This document shows positions 23,766 through 34,988 of a stretch of 64,000 nucleotides of DNA, in pieces (position 1 is the first letter of the stretch; the number at the start of each line of letters is the position of its first letter). Origin of the DNA: an uncultured Gemmatimonadaceae bacterium (GTDB taxonomy: Bacteria > Gemmatimonadota > Gemmatimonadetes > Gemmatimonadales > Gemmatimonadaceae); NCBI GenBank assembly GCA_963829055.1, contig CAWHHI010000006.1:480001-544000 (forward strand). Reading direction: 5' to 3'. The position numbers and the translations under genes were made by a program. The notes under the pieces are model-generated. The model was not told the DNA's origin, ran no database searches, and saw nothing but the letters and a program-made list of their open reading frames with translations.

Positions 23766-24578
23766 CCGACAGGCCGAAGCACACCAATCGAGATCGAACC
23801 GAAACCGCCCGTCAGACGCTGATCGATGCGGCAATGGTGGCGTACGAGGATGCAGGCCTGAGTGGGCTTTGCGCCGAAGGCCGCTGGGACGCTGCCGTCG
23901 ACGCCATGCGAAGCGTCGACCTGGTTGAAGGGCCGCAGTCCGATTCCGTCGCTGAGCTCATCGCGAGTCTCTCTCGAGCCGTCGCGGTCATTGCGGATGC
24001 GTCGGCACCTCCGCCCAGCGGCGGCAGCGTCGCCGCGGCAGTCGGTGCACTCGCCGCGGCGCTGACGCAGATGGTCGCCGGCCTCACGGCCGGGCGACCC
24101 CGCTATGCGCACGTCGCGGAAGAGATGCGGAGCGCGGCAGAGCGCGCCGCCAGCCTCGCCGCGGATCTCACGGAGCTCGTTAGGCAGGATGCGGTTGCGG
24201 TGGAGGCCGTGACTGCCGCCTATCGACTGCCAAAGGGAACGGACGAGAACGTCGCCGCGCGGACCGCGGCGATCGAGCAGGCAATGCACTCCGCCACCGT
24301 AGCGCCGTTCGAGATCGCGCGTGCGGCCGCTGCCGTCGCCGAGCTCGCCGCAACGGTGGCGGAGCGAGGGAATACGAACGCGGTCGCGGATGCCGCAGTC
24401 GCCGCGGTCCTCGCCGAGGCGGTGTGTCGCGCTTCAGCGCTGACCGTTCGCGTGAACGTACCCGCACTCCGCGATACGCATGCTGGCGCGCGCCTCGACC
24501 ACCGAGGCGATGGCATTCGCTGCCGCCGCCGCGGCGGCGGCAGGACGCGCCGTGACCCGCGCTGGCGAGCCCGCCTGA
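23762..24578 (+). CDS. Cyclodeaminase/cyclohydrolase (FTCD C-terminal) family protein with a small N-terminal domain (frameshift near 24500)
   Basis: APPPSGGSVAAAVGALAAAL, AYRLPK, GNTNAVAD, TVRVNV. Confidence 0.75.
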
Positions 24579-24687
24579 CGACGGCACCGCGAGTGCGGGG
24601 CCCTCACCTTGCTGGATGCTTCGGGCGTCAGGACCGCAATGCGCTCGTCTGAAGCGCACCCGCCGATCACCGCCTGCCCGAAATCTC

Positions 24688-25980
24688 ATGCGCGCTCCGC
24701 TTCCGTTCGACCCGCACGGACACGATCTCCCGCGCCTGTCCGATCTCGCTGACCGTCTCGCGGCAGACGACGCGAGTGCCCCGCGCGATCGCGATGGCGC
24801 CACGCGTCCAGTGCTCGTGCTCAGGCCGCCGATGTTAACGACGTCGCCTGACGACGACCTGGCTGTGAGCTCGCGTCGCGTGTTTCTCGCTCGGGCGTCG
24901 ACGCTCTCGCTCGCGCTGCCCGGAATCGGCGCGGCACTCGCGGCATGCTCGCCGAGCGGCGGTGCACGTGGCGACAGCGCGCGGTCACAGGGTGGAGGCA
25001 CGGCACAACGCGCCTCTGCGGACACGCAGGATGCGCTCCGGCATCACAACTCGGACAGCAAGCTGGATACAGCCGTCGTCAAAGGCGGCCGGCCCGGAAG
25101 CTCGGCGACGGCGGGCGGAACAGGCGCCGGCTCCACTGCCACGTACCACCGGTTCGACCCCACGCTGCCGCCGCTCGCCGCTGAGCGGACCATCCGTCTC
25201 AACTGGCGGTCCATGGAGGCGCCAGTGAGGATCCGCCCGGATACGGTGGTCGCAGCCTGGACGTTCGAGGGGGATATCCCCGGGCCCATCGTACACTGTC
25301 GAGTCGGCGACACTGTCGAGTTCACGCTCACGAACGAGAGCGCGGTCCCGCACTCGATGGACTTCCACGCCGCGCAGATCGATCCGAAAGTCGCGTTTCG
25401 CTCAGTGGTGAAGGGGCAATCCGTCAGCTACACGTTCAAGCCGCGCTGGGCGGGTGCCTTCATGTATCACTGCGGGACGGCGCCGGTCCTCATGCACATT
25501 GGATCTGGCATGTTCGGCGCGCTCGTCGTGTCGCCCCGCGAACCGCTCCCGCCCGCGAAGGAATTCGTGCTCGTGCAGAACGAGTTCTACCTCAGCGAAG
25601 CGGCGAACGGTGTGCGGCCGTTCGACTACAACAAGATGTTGACGACGTTGCCCGACTACATGGCCTTCAATGGGCGGCCGAATCAGTACATCGATCAGCC
25701 GATCCACGTGAAGGTCGGCGACCGCGTTCGCTTCTGGATCGTGAACTGCGGCCCGACGCATCCCTGTGCGTTTCACGTCGTCGGTGAGCAGTTCGAGACG
25801 ATGTATCTCGGCGCGCCGCCCGGGACGCCGATTCGCGGCGTGCAAACGTGGGACGTGCCCGCGGGCGGCGGGATGTGCTTCGAGCTCATGTGCGATATCC
25901 CGGGTGAGTTTCCGTTCGTCAACCACGGTTTCGGCCACGCGCAGAAGGGCGCTATCGGCTTTCTCGTCGTCGAAGCATGA
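24688..25980 (+). CDS. nirK: Copper-containing nitrite reductase-like two-domain cupredoxin with Tat/lipoprotein signal (start uncertain)
   Basis: SRRVFL...LAAC; PHSMDFH, YHCGTAPVLMHIGSGM, FHVVG, FVNH match CuNiR copper and catalytic motifs. Confidence 0.75.
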   Translation: MRAPLPFDPHGHDLPRLSDLADRLAADDASAPRDRDGATRPVLVLRPPMLTTSPDDDLAVSSRRVFLARASTLSLALPGIGAALAACSPSGGARGDSARSQGGGTAQRASADTQDALRHHNSDSKLDTAVVKGGRPGSSATAGGTGAGSTATYHRFDPTLPPLAAERTIRLNWRSMEAPVRIRPDTVVAAWTFEGDIPGPIVHCRVGDTVEFTLTNESAVPHSMDFHAAQIDPKVAFRSVVKGQSVSYTFKPRWAGAFMYHCGTAPVLMHIGSGMFGALVVSPREPLPPAKEFVLVQNEFYLSEAANGVRPFDYNKMLTTLPDYMAFNGRPNQYIDQPIHVKVGDRVRFWIVNCGPTHPCAFHVVGEQFETMYLGAPPGTPIRGVQTWDVPAGGGMCFELMCDIPGEFPFVNHGFGHAQKGAIGFLVVEA

Positions 25981-25992
25981 ACGCGACGAGGC

Positions 25993-27384
25993 GTGTCCAA
26001 CACCGTTAGGCGGGAGGATGCCGGCGACGGATCAGGGGTTCCGCCGCCTCATGTGAGGCCCGTACGCCGAGCGGCGGCTCACCTGGGCGAGCTCGCGGAG
26101 CGCTATGGCGCTCGCGTCGTCCGCTGGCTGGTGATCGGAATCATCCTCATCTCCGCCATCATCGGGCTGTTGTTCATCACGCGTGGTACGGCCGTCCGCC
26201 GCGTCCGCGGGGTGGGAGGCGACGGCACGCCCATCGCGGCCACCGAACCCTCGTTTCCACTCGCTATCGCGTTGCTCACCGGCACGCCGCTCGTGATGGG
26301 CAATCGCGTCGAGCTCGCGCTCAACGGTGACGGTACCTACCCGCGCCTGTGGGCGGACCTGCGCGCCGCCCAGCGGACGATCACGGTCCAGATGTACTAC
26401 GCCGGGCCGGGCCGGGTCGCCGATTCGTTAGGCGCGGTGCTCGGCGAGCGGGCTCGTGCCGGCGTCGCCGTGTACCTGCTCTACGATGCGTTCGGCTCGA
26501 ACCTGTCCGACGCCTATCTCGAGCGACTCCGGCGTGCCGGCGTTCGCGTCGAGGCGTTCCGCCCGCTCCGCTTCGAGAATCTGTGGGTCGTCCAGAACCG
26601 CTCCCACGTGCGGGGCATCGTCATCGACGGGCAGGTCGGGTGGACTGGCGGCTTCGGCATCGATGACAAGTGGCTGGGTGGCGGGCATAAGCCGGACGAG
26701 TGGCGCGAGACGAACGTCCGGTTCGAGGGGCCTGCTGTGCTTCAGCTGCAGGCCGCATTCGTCGCCGCGTGGTCGGAGGCGACGGGCGTGCTCCTCGCCG
26801 GCCGCGCGGCAGTCAACACGCACGAGGGCGGAGTGGCGAGAGCCGGGCTGCTCTACACCGCGCCCACGCTCGGGAGCACCGCGGCCGAGCGCTATCTCGC
26901 GTTATCCATCGCGACCGCGCGGGAGCGTCTCTACGTCACGAACGCCTACTTCGCACCTGACGACAACTTCATGGCGCTGCTCATGCGGGCAGCGCGTCGT
27001 GGCGTGGACGTGCGTCTGCTCGTGGGTGGGCCGCTGACCGATGTGCGCACGGCGCAGCTCGCGGCACAGGCGCGCTACGACTCACTGCTGAGCGCCGGCG
27101 TTCACATCTACGAGTATCAGCCGAGTACGCTGCACGCGAAGACGTTCGTCATCGATGGCGTCTGGGCCTCGATCGGCACGATGAACTTCGACAACCGGTC
27201 GCTCGCGCTCAACGACGAGTCCACGCTCATGGTGCTCGACTCGGTAGCGGGCAAGCGGCTGGAGGCCGTGTTCCTGGACGACCTGCGCGACTCGAAGGAG
27301 ATCGACCTGCGCACGTTCCGGCGTCGCGGCTGGATTCAGCGCGTGAAGGAGTGGGCGGCGGATCAGATCACCCGAGTGCTCTAG
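25993..27384 (+). CDS. cls: Cardiolipin synthase / phospholipase D family
   Basis: LLYDAFGS, RSHVRGIVIDG, WRETNVRFEG, NAYFAP, LHAKTFVIDG, GTMNFDNRS. Confidence 0.88.
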   Translation: MSNTVRREDAGDGSGVPPPHVRPVRRAAAHLGELAERYGARVVRWLVIGIILISAIIGLLFITRGTAVRRVRGVGGDGTPIAATEPSFPLAIALLTGTPLVMGNRVELALNGDGTYPRLWADLRAAQRTITVQMYYAGPGRVADSLGAVLGERARAGVAVYLLYDAFGSNLSDAYLERLRRAGVRVEAFRPLRFENLWVVQNRSHVRGIVIDGQVGWTGGFGIDDKWLGGGHKPDEWRETNVRFEGPAVLQLQAAFVAAWSEATGVLLAGRAAVNTHEGGVARAGLLYTAPTLGSTAAERYLALSIATARERLYVTNAYFAPDDNFMALLMRAARRGVDVRLLVGGPLTDVRTAQLAAQARYDSLLSAGVHIYEYQPSTLHAKTFVIDGVWASIGTMNFDNRSLALNDESTLMVLDSVAGKRLEAVFLDDLRDSKEIDLRTFRRRGWIQRVKEWAADQITRVL

Positions 27385-27589
27385 CGCAGGTCGCCGTTAC
27401 GGACTCGGCAGGTATTCGGTATCCTGCTCATCCCGCTGGGAGCGCGTGCACGGCAGCCATGGCGCGGTGCAGCGCGCCTAACGACCATTGCCGGCGTTGC
27501 GACCGGCGTCCGCATGCTGACGGCACGGAGATCGCGTTAGGCCCGGTTATCGAGATGCGAGGCGGCCGGGTCCGCCAGAGGAGGATGTG

Positions 27590-28069
27590 ATGCGACTGAC
27601 CATGCTGACCGCGATGCTCGCCCTGGTGCTCGGTGGCGGTGCGTGCCGTTCAGCCAAAAAGCCGACCACGCAACTGAACCCGGCGGAGTCCGTCCGGCGC
27701 TACGAGTGGAGAGGCTCACTGTTCACGCCGTCAGAGCTCGCTGGTGCCATGCAGGTGCGCGGCACTGGCACGTGGGCTCGTGAAGGTGATAACGCGTCGC
27801 TCGTTACCGTGACGATCTCGAACGCGACGCCGGGCGGCATTCATCCGTGGCACGTGCATCGCGGTCGATGTGGCGACAACGGGCCCATCGTCGGAGACGC
27901 CGCGGCGTACAAGCCACTGGCCGTCGACGGCAACGGCAACGCGTCATCGACCGCACGGCTGAACGTGACCTTGCCCGACAGCGGCAATTACTACGTCAAC
28001 GTCCACGCGCTGGCGACGAACATGGGCACGATCATCTCGTGCGGAAATCTTGCCCCGCCCGTGAGCTGA
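27590..28069 (+). CDS. Lipoprotein with SodC/CHRD-like His motifs
   Basis: GAGGAGG RBS, lipobox GGAC, HPWHVHRGRC, YYVNVH, ISCGNL. Confidence 0.7.
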   Translation: MRLTMLTAMLALVLGGGACRSAKKPTTQLNPAESVRRYEWRGSLFTPSELAGAMQVRGTGTWAREGDNASLVTVTISNATPGGIHPWHVHRGRCGDNGPIVGDAAAYKPLAVDGNGNASSTARLNVTLPDSGNYYVNVHALATNMGTIISCGNLAPPVS

Positions 28070-28096
28070 ACGCCCGGGCGGGGTGTCCCCGCCGGC

Positions 28097-28561
28097 TCAT
28101 ATCGATTTCGGCGGGGTGATGTACTCGAGCGAGTGTTTGTTGAAGTACGTCATCGTGTGTGCGCCCTGCTCGCGCAGGATCTGCGTTGCGCGGTGCTTGC
28201 GTTCATCCGTCGGCGCCATAACGACGAGGACGAATCGGTTGTCGCGCATTGCGTGCTCGTAGCGATCCTTCGTCTCCATCTCCTCGTCCGTGACCCCGAT
28301 ACGCTCGGCCAGGCGAATCAGCATTCCCGCCAGTCCGCTACGCCCGGTTGACGCGTCGAGCTCATCGGCGTTTGCGGCTCCAGTGCCGAACTGAACCTCC
28401 GAATCCATGAAGCCACCGCTCGTGAGCGCGGCGACTGCGGCCAGCGCTTGCTCGCGCGTGTCGACGACGGCGAGAAGATGGTTCGTCGGGTAACGAATCG
28501 GCTCGTTGGCGTTCGCCCGTAACTCGTTCGTAGCGTCTCGGGGTTCCGGTGCTCCGGTCAT
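28097..28561 (-). CDS. Hypothetical protein
   Basis: GGAG RBS; protein-like sequence from MTGAPEP. Confidence 0.65.
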   Translation of the reverse strand: MTGAPEPRDATNELRANANEPIRYPTNHLLAVVDTREQALAAVAALTSGGFMDSEVQFGTGAANADELDASTGRSGLAGMLIRLAERIGVTDEEMETKDRYEHAMRDNRFVLVVMAPTDERKHRATQILREQGAHTMTYFNKHSLEYITPPKSI

Positions 28562-28727
28562 TGGCGTCTCCGTCGCTCGAGGAAAGTTGTCGAAACGCAA
28601 CATACCCCCATCGCGCACCGTGTCGCGATGGCTTGCCGATCCGGGTTCTTCGGGAGACACCTCGCAGGATGCGGTCTGATGACGCGCGCAATAGAATGGT
28701 GACAACGACTTCGCGGAAATCGCTACA

Positions 28728-29108
28728 ATGACCGACATGGGAACATTTCGCACGACGATTCTCGTCGAGAGTACCGAGCGGCGCGGCGACACGCGCACTG
28801 TCGAGGACGCATTGGTCGACACCGGAAGCGAATACACGTGGGTGCCTCGCGATGTACTCGAGTCGCTCGGCATTGGTCCCGAGCGCACGCAGCGCTTCAT
28901 CGTTGCCGATGGTCGCACGCTCGAGCGCTACATAGGGTTCGCCATCGTGCACGCCGGCGGGACGAGTGCGCCCGACCTGGTGGTGTTTGCTGAGCAGGGC
29001 GACATGATCCTGCTCGGTGCACATTCGCTCGAAGGATTGAACCTGCGAGTCGACGCGCTGCGAAAACAGCTCGTGCCCGCCGGGCCAGTTCTCGCCGGCG
29101 CCGCCTGA
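28728..29108 (+). CDS. Retropepsin-like (clan AA) aspartyl protease
   Basis: ALVDTGSEY, IVADG, LLGAHSLEGL. Confidence 0.85.
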   Translation: MTDMGTFRTTILVESTERRGDTRTVEDALVDTGSEYTWVPRDVLESLGIGPERTQRFIVADGRTLERYIGFAIVHAGGTSAPDLVVFAEQGDMILLGAHSLEGLNLRVDALRKQLVPAGPVLAGAA

Positions 29109-29330
29109 ATTCGCGGGCTCGGGCGGAGTTGGGTCGGACGTCGCGCGGGGAGGATCACAACAAAGACCGTCGTCACGATCTCGACCCTCGCGCTGATGAT
29201 CGCACCCAGGTGGAACGCCTGGGTTGGTGCTCAGCGTGCATGCCCGCAGCGGGCCTTGATGCGGTTTGCGGGGCATGCGAGGTTCACCGGCGGTATCACC
29301 TCCCATCGCCCCGTCCATCTGGAGAGCCTC

Positions 29331-32300
29331 ATGCGTGCGAGCTGCGCGCTCACCGTCGTTGTCGCCCTGGCCGTCAGCAGCCCCATGGCTGCCGTGTCGC
29401 AGCAGAACGCCCCCACCGACACCTCGAAGAAGACGGCTCCAAACACCGAGCTACCGCTCCTCCCCACGCGCCAGACCACCTTCAGCACCGACGAAGGCAC
29501 CTGGATGTCGCTCGACGTCTCGCCCGACGGACGCACGATCGTCTTCGACCTCGTGGGCGATCTGTACACGCTGCCGATAGCGGGCGGCAAAGCCACGCGT
29601 CTCACCAGTGGCATGGGGTTCGACGGTCAGCCGCGCTTCTCGCCCGACGGCAAAACAATCGTGTTCGTGAGCGACCGCAGCGGCTACGAGAATCTCTGGA
29701 TCGTAGACGTGGCCGGCGGAATGCCGCGGGCGATCACGAAGGACAAGGATGCACAGTACCTCTCGCCCGCCTGGACGCCCGACGGCAAGTACATCGTCGC
29801 GTCACGTACCAAGACGGGTATTCTCGGGCAGCGCGTACGACCTGGTGCTGGTCAACAAGGACGGAGGCACCGGGCTCGCGCTCACGGGGCCTGGCACCGG
29901 TGCCGCGCCAAGCGGGCCGCCGAACCCGCTCGTGCCGCCGCCATTCAACAACTACCTCGGTGCCGCGGTCTCCCCGGACGGACGGTACATCTACGCCAGC
30001 GTGAAGCGCGGCGGCTTCAAGTACGATCAGATGCTCACCGATCGCTGGCAGCTCGGGCGTCTACGATCGCAACACCGGCCAGACGTATCTTCGCACGAGC
30101 AGTCTCGGTGGCGGCATGCGCCCCGCGATCAGTCCCGACGGCAAGTGGCTCGCCTACGGCTCGCGTATCGATGCCGGAACCGGCCTGCGCCTCCGCGAGA
30201 TCGCCACCGGCGATGAAGTCTGGCTCGCGCGGGACATCCAGCGCGATGACTCCGAGTCGCGCTACACGCGCGACGTCCTGCCGGGTTACGCGTGGACGCC
30301 GGACTCGCGGGCCGTCGTCATCACCTACGGGGGCAAACTCTGGCGCCTGGCGCTGCCTAACGGCTCACCGTCCGCGATCCCCTTCTCAGCCGATGTCCAG
30401 ATCGACATGGGGCCGCTCGTGAAGTTCGAGTACCCGATGGACGACTCGGTTCTCACGGTCAAGCAGATTCGCAACGCGCGCCCGTCGCCCGATGGCAAGC
30501 GGCTCGTCTTCTCGGCCCTCGACAAGCTGTGGCTGATGGACCTGCCGAACGGACGTCCGCGCCGGCTCACCAGCGGCACCGCCGGCGAGCACTCGCCAGC
30601 CTGGTCGCCCGACGGGCGGTACGTCGCGTACGTCACGTGGACCGAGCAGGGGGGCGACATCTGGCGCATCGCCACGGCGACGCCTAACGCGCGGCCGGAG
30701 CGGCTCTCGCGGCAGACCGCGTTCTACGAGAACCTCAATTACGATCCCACCGGCCGGCGCATTGTCGTCATTCGCGGTCCGCGCGAGGAACGCATCGAGA
30801 AGACCGACGAGTTCTCGGGGCCGGGCGCGCAGGTGAAGGAGCTGGCCTGGCTACCGGCGGCGGCGGCGACGTCACGCAGATCGCGCCCGTCAACTTCTAC
30901 GGCCGGCCGCATTTCACGCGCGACACGATGCGCGTGTACATCTACGACCCGGTCGATGGCGTGGTCTCCATGCGCTGGGACGGCACCGACCGCCGCGCGC
31001 ACGTCAAAGTCACGGGCTACACAGATCCGCTCCAGGGTCCGACTGGCCCGGCCGGGCCCCGCGAACGAGGTGATCCTCAGCCCGGATGGCGATCAGGCGT
31101 TCGCTGACGTCGACAACAAGCTCTATCTGGTTTCCGTCCCCGTGGCCGGCGGCGCAACGCCGACGATCTCGATCTCCACTCCTGCCGCGGCGCCCGTGCC
31201 GGTCCGCAGGCTCTCACGCGTGGGCGGCGACTTCCTCGGCTGGACGAACGACGGCAAGTCCATCTACTGGTCGTTGGGTCACAGCTACTTCACGTACGAC
31301 CTCGCGACCGCCTCACGCGCGATCGCGGATTCGACGCGAAAAGCCGACAGCCTCACCCGCGCCGGCGCCAAGCCCGACACGTCGGCCGCGGCGAAGCGGC
31401 CCGCCTATGCGCCCGACGCGGCGTGACGTCTCGATCACGGTGCCGCGAGATCGACCCACCGGCGTGATCGCGCTCCGCGGCGCGCGCATCGTGACCATGA
31501 AGGGGAACGAGATCATCGAGCGCGGCGACATCGTCGTCACGAACAATCGCATCACCGCCGTCGGCGCGGCGGGAAGCGTCGCCATTCCCGCCGGCGCGCG
31601 CTCGTTCGACGTCAGCGGCACGACGATCGTACCGGGATGGGTCGACATCCACGCCCACATGTGGCCGTCGTGGGGGATCCACAAGACGCAGGTATACGAG
31701 TACCTCGCCAACCTCGCGTACGGCGTCACGACCACGCGCGATCCGCAGACGTCGAGCACCGACGTGCTGACGTACGGCGATCTCGTCGAGACGGGCGACA
31801 TGATCGGCCCACGCATTCTCACGACCGGCCCGGGCGTGTTCTGGACCGACGAGATCGCGAGCGCCGACGATGCGCGCGAGGTGCTCACGCGCTACTCGGA
31901 CTTCTATCAGACGCACACCCTCAAGCAGTACATGGCCGGCCAGCGCATGATCCGGCAGTGGATACTGATCGCCGCGAAGGAGCAGAACATCACGCCGACG
32001 CTCGAGGGAGGGCTCGACTTCAAGAAGAACATGACGGAGGCGATGGACGGCTACGCGGGCATCGAGCACACCCTGCCGATCACGCCGCTCTACAAGGACG
32101 CGGTGCAGCTCTTCGCCAAGAGTGGGACCACGTATACGCCGACGCTGATCGTGCAGTATGGCGGGCCGATGGCGGAGAACTACTGGTACACGCACTACGA
32201 CATTCACGCCGATGAGAAGCTCGCGCGCTTCACGCCGCACACCGAGCTCGATCGTCGCGCACTTCGGCGTCCGTCCTGGTTCGCGGAGAGCCAGTACAGC

Positions 32301-32684
32301 TTCAAGCAATACGCCGAACAGCTCAAGAAGATCGTGGAGGCTGGAGGACGCGTAGGCCTCGGCGGCCATGGCCAGCTTCAGGGACTCGGCGTGCATTGGG
32401 AGCTGTGGAGCATCGCCAGCGGCGGAATGGCGAACCACGACGTCCTGCGCGTCGGCACGATCTACGGCGCCGAGGCAATCGGCGTGGCGCGCGACCTCGG
32501 GTCGCTGGAGGTCGGAAAGCTCGCGGACCTTCAGGTGCTCGAGCGCAATCCGCTGGAGGACATCCGCAACACGAACTCGCTCCGCTACGTGATGAAGAAC
32601 GGCCGATTGTACGACGCGAACACGCTGAAGGAGGTGGCGCCGCGCGACAAGCCGCTCGACAGGATGTGGTGGGTGGCGCCGTAG
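29331..32684 (+). CDS. Secreted amidohydrolase with PD40/TolB beta-propellers (several frameshifts)
   Basis: TDEGTWMSLDVSPDG, repeated SPDG, PGWVDIHAH, GHGQLQGLG, GSLEVGKLADL. Confidence 0.9.
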
Positions 32685-33025
32685 GGGTGACTCGACGTCC
32701 GCGGCACCTTACGCGCACAACCGCTGCATCGACGTTCTGCGGTGGCGTGCCGTGCGGGAGTGGGCGGAGTTGGAAGCGGACGCACCAGAGTCGACGGAGC
32801 CCGCCGAGCCCGCGGCGACTATCGTGTGGAGGGCTTGGGTTGGGTTGACGATATTGGGTCCACGAGACATGGTCTCTACCAACCCGCGCGACTCCGGCTC
32901 TGTCCTCGTCGCTTCGCCCCGCGCATCATCACGTGTTTCTACGACCCCAGATCGTCTGGCCACGCCGGCGAGCCGCGACCCAGCGCCGCTCACGAACCCA
33001 ACTATACAGAAGTAGAGGAGGCTGG

Positions 33026-34414
33026 ATGCGTCGATTCACCGTCGTCGCTGCACTGACCGCATTGAGCGGTCTCGCGCCCGTCGCCCGCGCGCAGGATCCG
33101 GCGTCTCGCGTCACCGACTTCGACAAGAAGAAGGGCGGCAGCGAGAAGATGCATCAGCTCGCACGCATCCCCGCGCACGACGGCGCGTGGAAGGCCGCCG
33201 ACGTCGAGCTCGAGCAGGATCGAGAACCGGCCGTACGTCTACCTCTGCGGCTTCGTCAACTTCGACTTCACGATCTACGACATCAGCAACACGTCGTCGC
33301 CGAAGCAGATCTTCCGCTGGACCATCGAGAATCCGGAGCTGCATCGCGGCATCGGCGCGATGGACGGGAAGTACTTCAAGATCAACGGCCGCTACTACTA
33401 CGCGCAGTCGCTCCAGTTCCAGCAGGGCACGCCCGACGCCGACCTCGGCGCCGTCATCTTCGACGTGACCGGTCTGCCTGACGCGTCGAAGGTGAAGGAA
33501 GTCGCGCGCATCCGGTACCCGCAGTCGCCGGGCGGCTTCCACAACACGTTCGCCTACAAGCACTCCGACGGCCGCGCGCTCTACTTCGCGACCATCGAAC
33601 CAGTCGAAGGCGCTCATCTACGATCTCGAGAAGATCGTGAAGGGCGCCGACCCGGCGACGTGCGCTCATCGGCGAAGTGCCGAACCCGACGCCCTTCAAG
33701 CAGATCGGCGGCGGCGGGTACCACGACTTCTACGTCGGCTACGATCCCGCCACCCAGCAGGACAAGTTCTACGGCGCGGGCCTCGGCGGCTACTCGGTGT
33801 GGGACGTCACGAAGCCCGAGGCGCCGAAGTCAGCTGTTCACGATCACGAGCCTCGGCATGGACGTCGCGCACACGTTCACGCCGTCGCCGGACGGTCGTT
33901 ATGCGGTGACCGAGACGGAGTACCAGTACACGCCGCTCCGCATCTGGGACCTCGAGCCGGGCAGTCGGGCAAGACGCAGAACATCGACATCCCGATCAGC
34001 GCCTGGACGGCGGACTGGCGCGACCTCTCGCACAACCATGAAGTGCGCTGGCCGTACGTGTTCGTCTCCGCGTACGAGGACGGCCTGCAGGTGTTCAACC
34101 TGAAGGACCCGAAGAACCCGAAGACGGAAGGCCACTTCTTCACCTGCGAGTGCGAGCACGAGCACGGCTTCGGCGGATCGCCGAACAACGGGTGGCAGAG
34201 CACGACGAGCGTCGATGCAGGGCGCGTTCGGCGTCGACGTCCGGAACTACGACGGCCTCGTCGTCCTCTCCGACATGCGCACGGGCTCTGGCTGTTCAAG
34301 ATGGACGGCTTCAACGGCTGGAACGGCCACGACGTCGGCATGCCGAACATCTCGAGCGTCCAGGACTGGGATCGCGGTCCGGACAAGACCTGGAAGCCGA
34401 AGGTCGCGAGCTGA
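33026..34414 (+). CDS. Secreted LVIVD-like beta-propeller protein (frameshifted)
   Basis: GAGGAG RBS, signal peptide, GFHNTFAYKHSDG, YHDFYV, HTFTPSPDG, HNHEVRWPYVFVSAYEDGLQVF. Confidence 0.7.
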
Positions 34415-34417
34415 GCG

Positions 34418-34507
34418 GTCATCCCGAGCGCAGCGAGGGATCGTCGTGGCACCGGTACGATCAGTCCTGTCGCTGCGCTCAGGACTCGGCGCTCGCTCGG
34501 ACATGAC
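34418..34507. repeat. Degenerate palindromic repeat, family B
   Basis: GTCATCCCGAGCGCAGCGAGGGA...GCTCGGACATGAC. Confidence 0.7.
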
Positions 34508-34525
34508 GCCGCTCGATGACAGGTC

Positions 34526-34988
34526 ATGAAGAACTTCTCGCCGCTGTCGCACTGCTGCCGCTCGGGCCGTACGACATCCCGCTCCAGAACACCCCGAAGA
34601 CGCCTAACGCGCAGCGGCACGGCGCGGCTCGTCTTCGCCGAGTCGCCGTTCGGCGTCGCCGTGACGGCCGACGGGCGCGCGAGCTACGACGTGCAGCTCG
34701 AGCCTCTCCGGACTGCCCGAGCCCTCGACGCTCGGGCCATACAAGGCCTACGTCGCCTGGGGCGTCACGACGGACCTCAAGCAGTGGCACCGACTCGGCG
34801 CCGGTCGACGAACGGCAAGTCCACCGTCGGGCACGATCGAGTTCAACAAGTTCCTGCTCGTCATCACGGCCGAGTCCGATTCGGCCGCCACGAAGCACGC
34901 GGGGCCGATCGCGCTCAGCGGCACGTCGCCGAGCGGGTGGCTGCAGACGTTCCTGTCGCATCCGCTGTTTCGCGGGGTCGCGCCGTGA
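34526..34988 (+). CDS. Hypothetical protein coupled to the multicopper oxidase (frameshifted)
   Basis: SPFGVAVTADG, YVAW, EFNKFLLVITAES, SGTSPSGWL stitched across frames. Confidence 0.55.

Noticed and set aside
28728..29108. Retropepsin as a sign of a retroelement
   Set aside because: Stand-alone clan AA proteases are common in bacteria and no reverse transcriptase is nearby.
32709..32870. Possible small minus-strand ORF (MSRGPNIVN...)
   Set aside because: Weak RBS and no recognisable motif.
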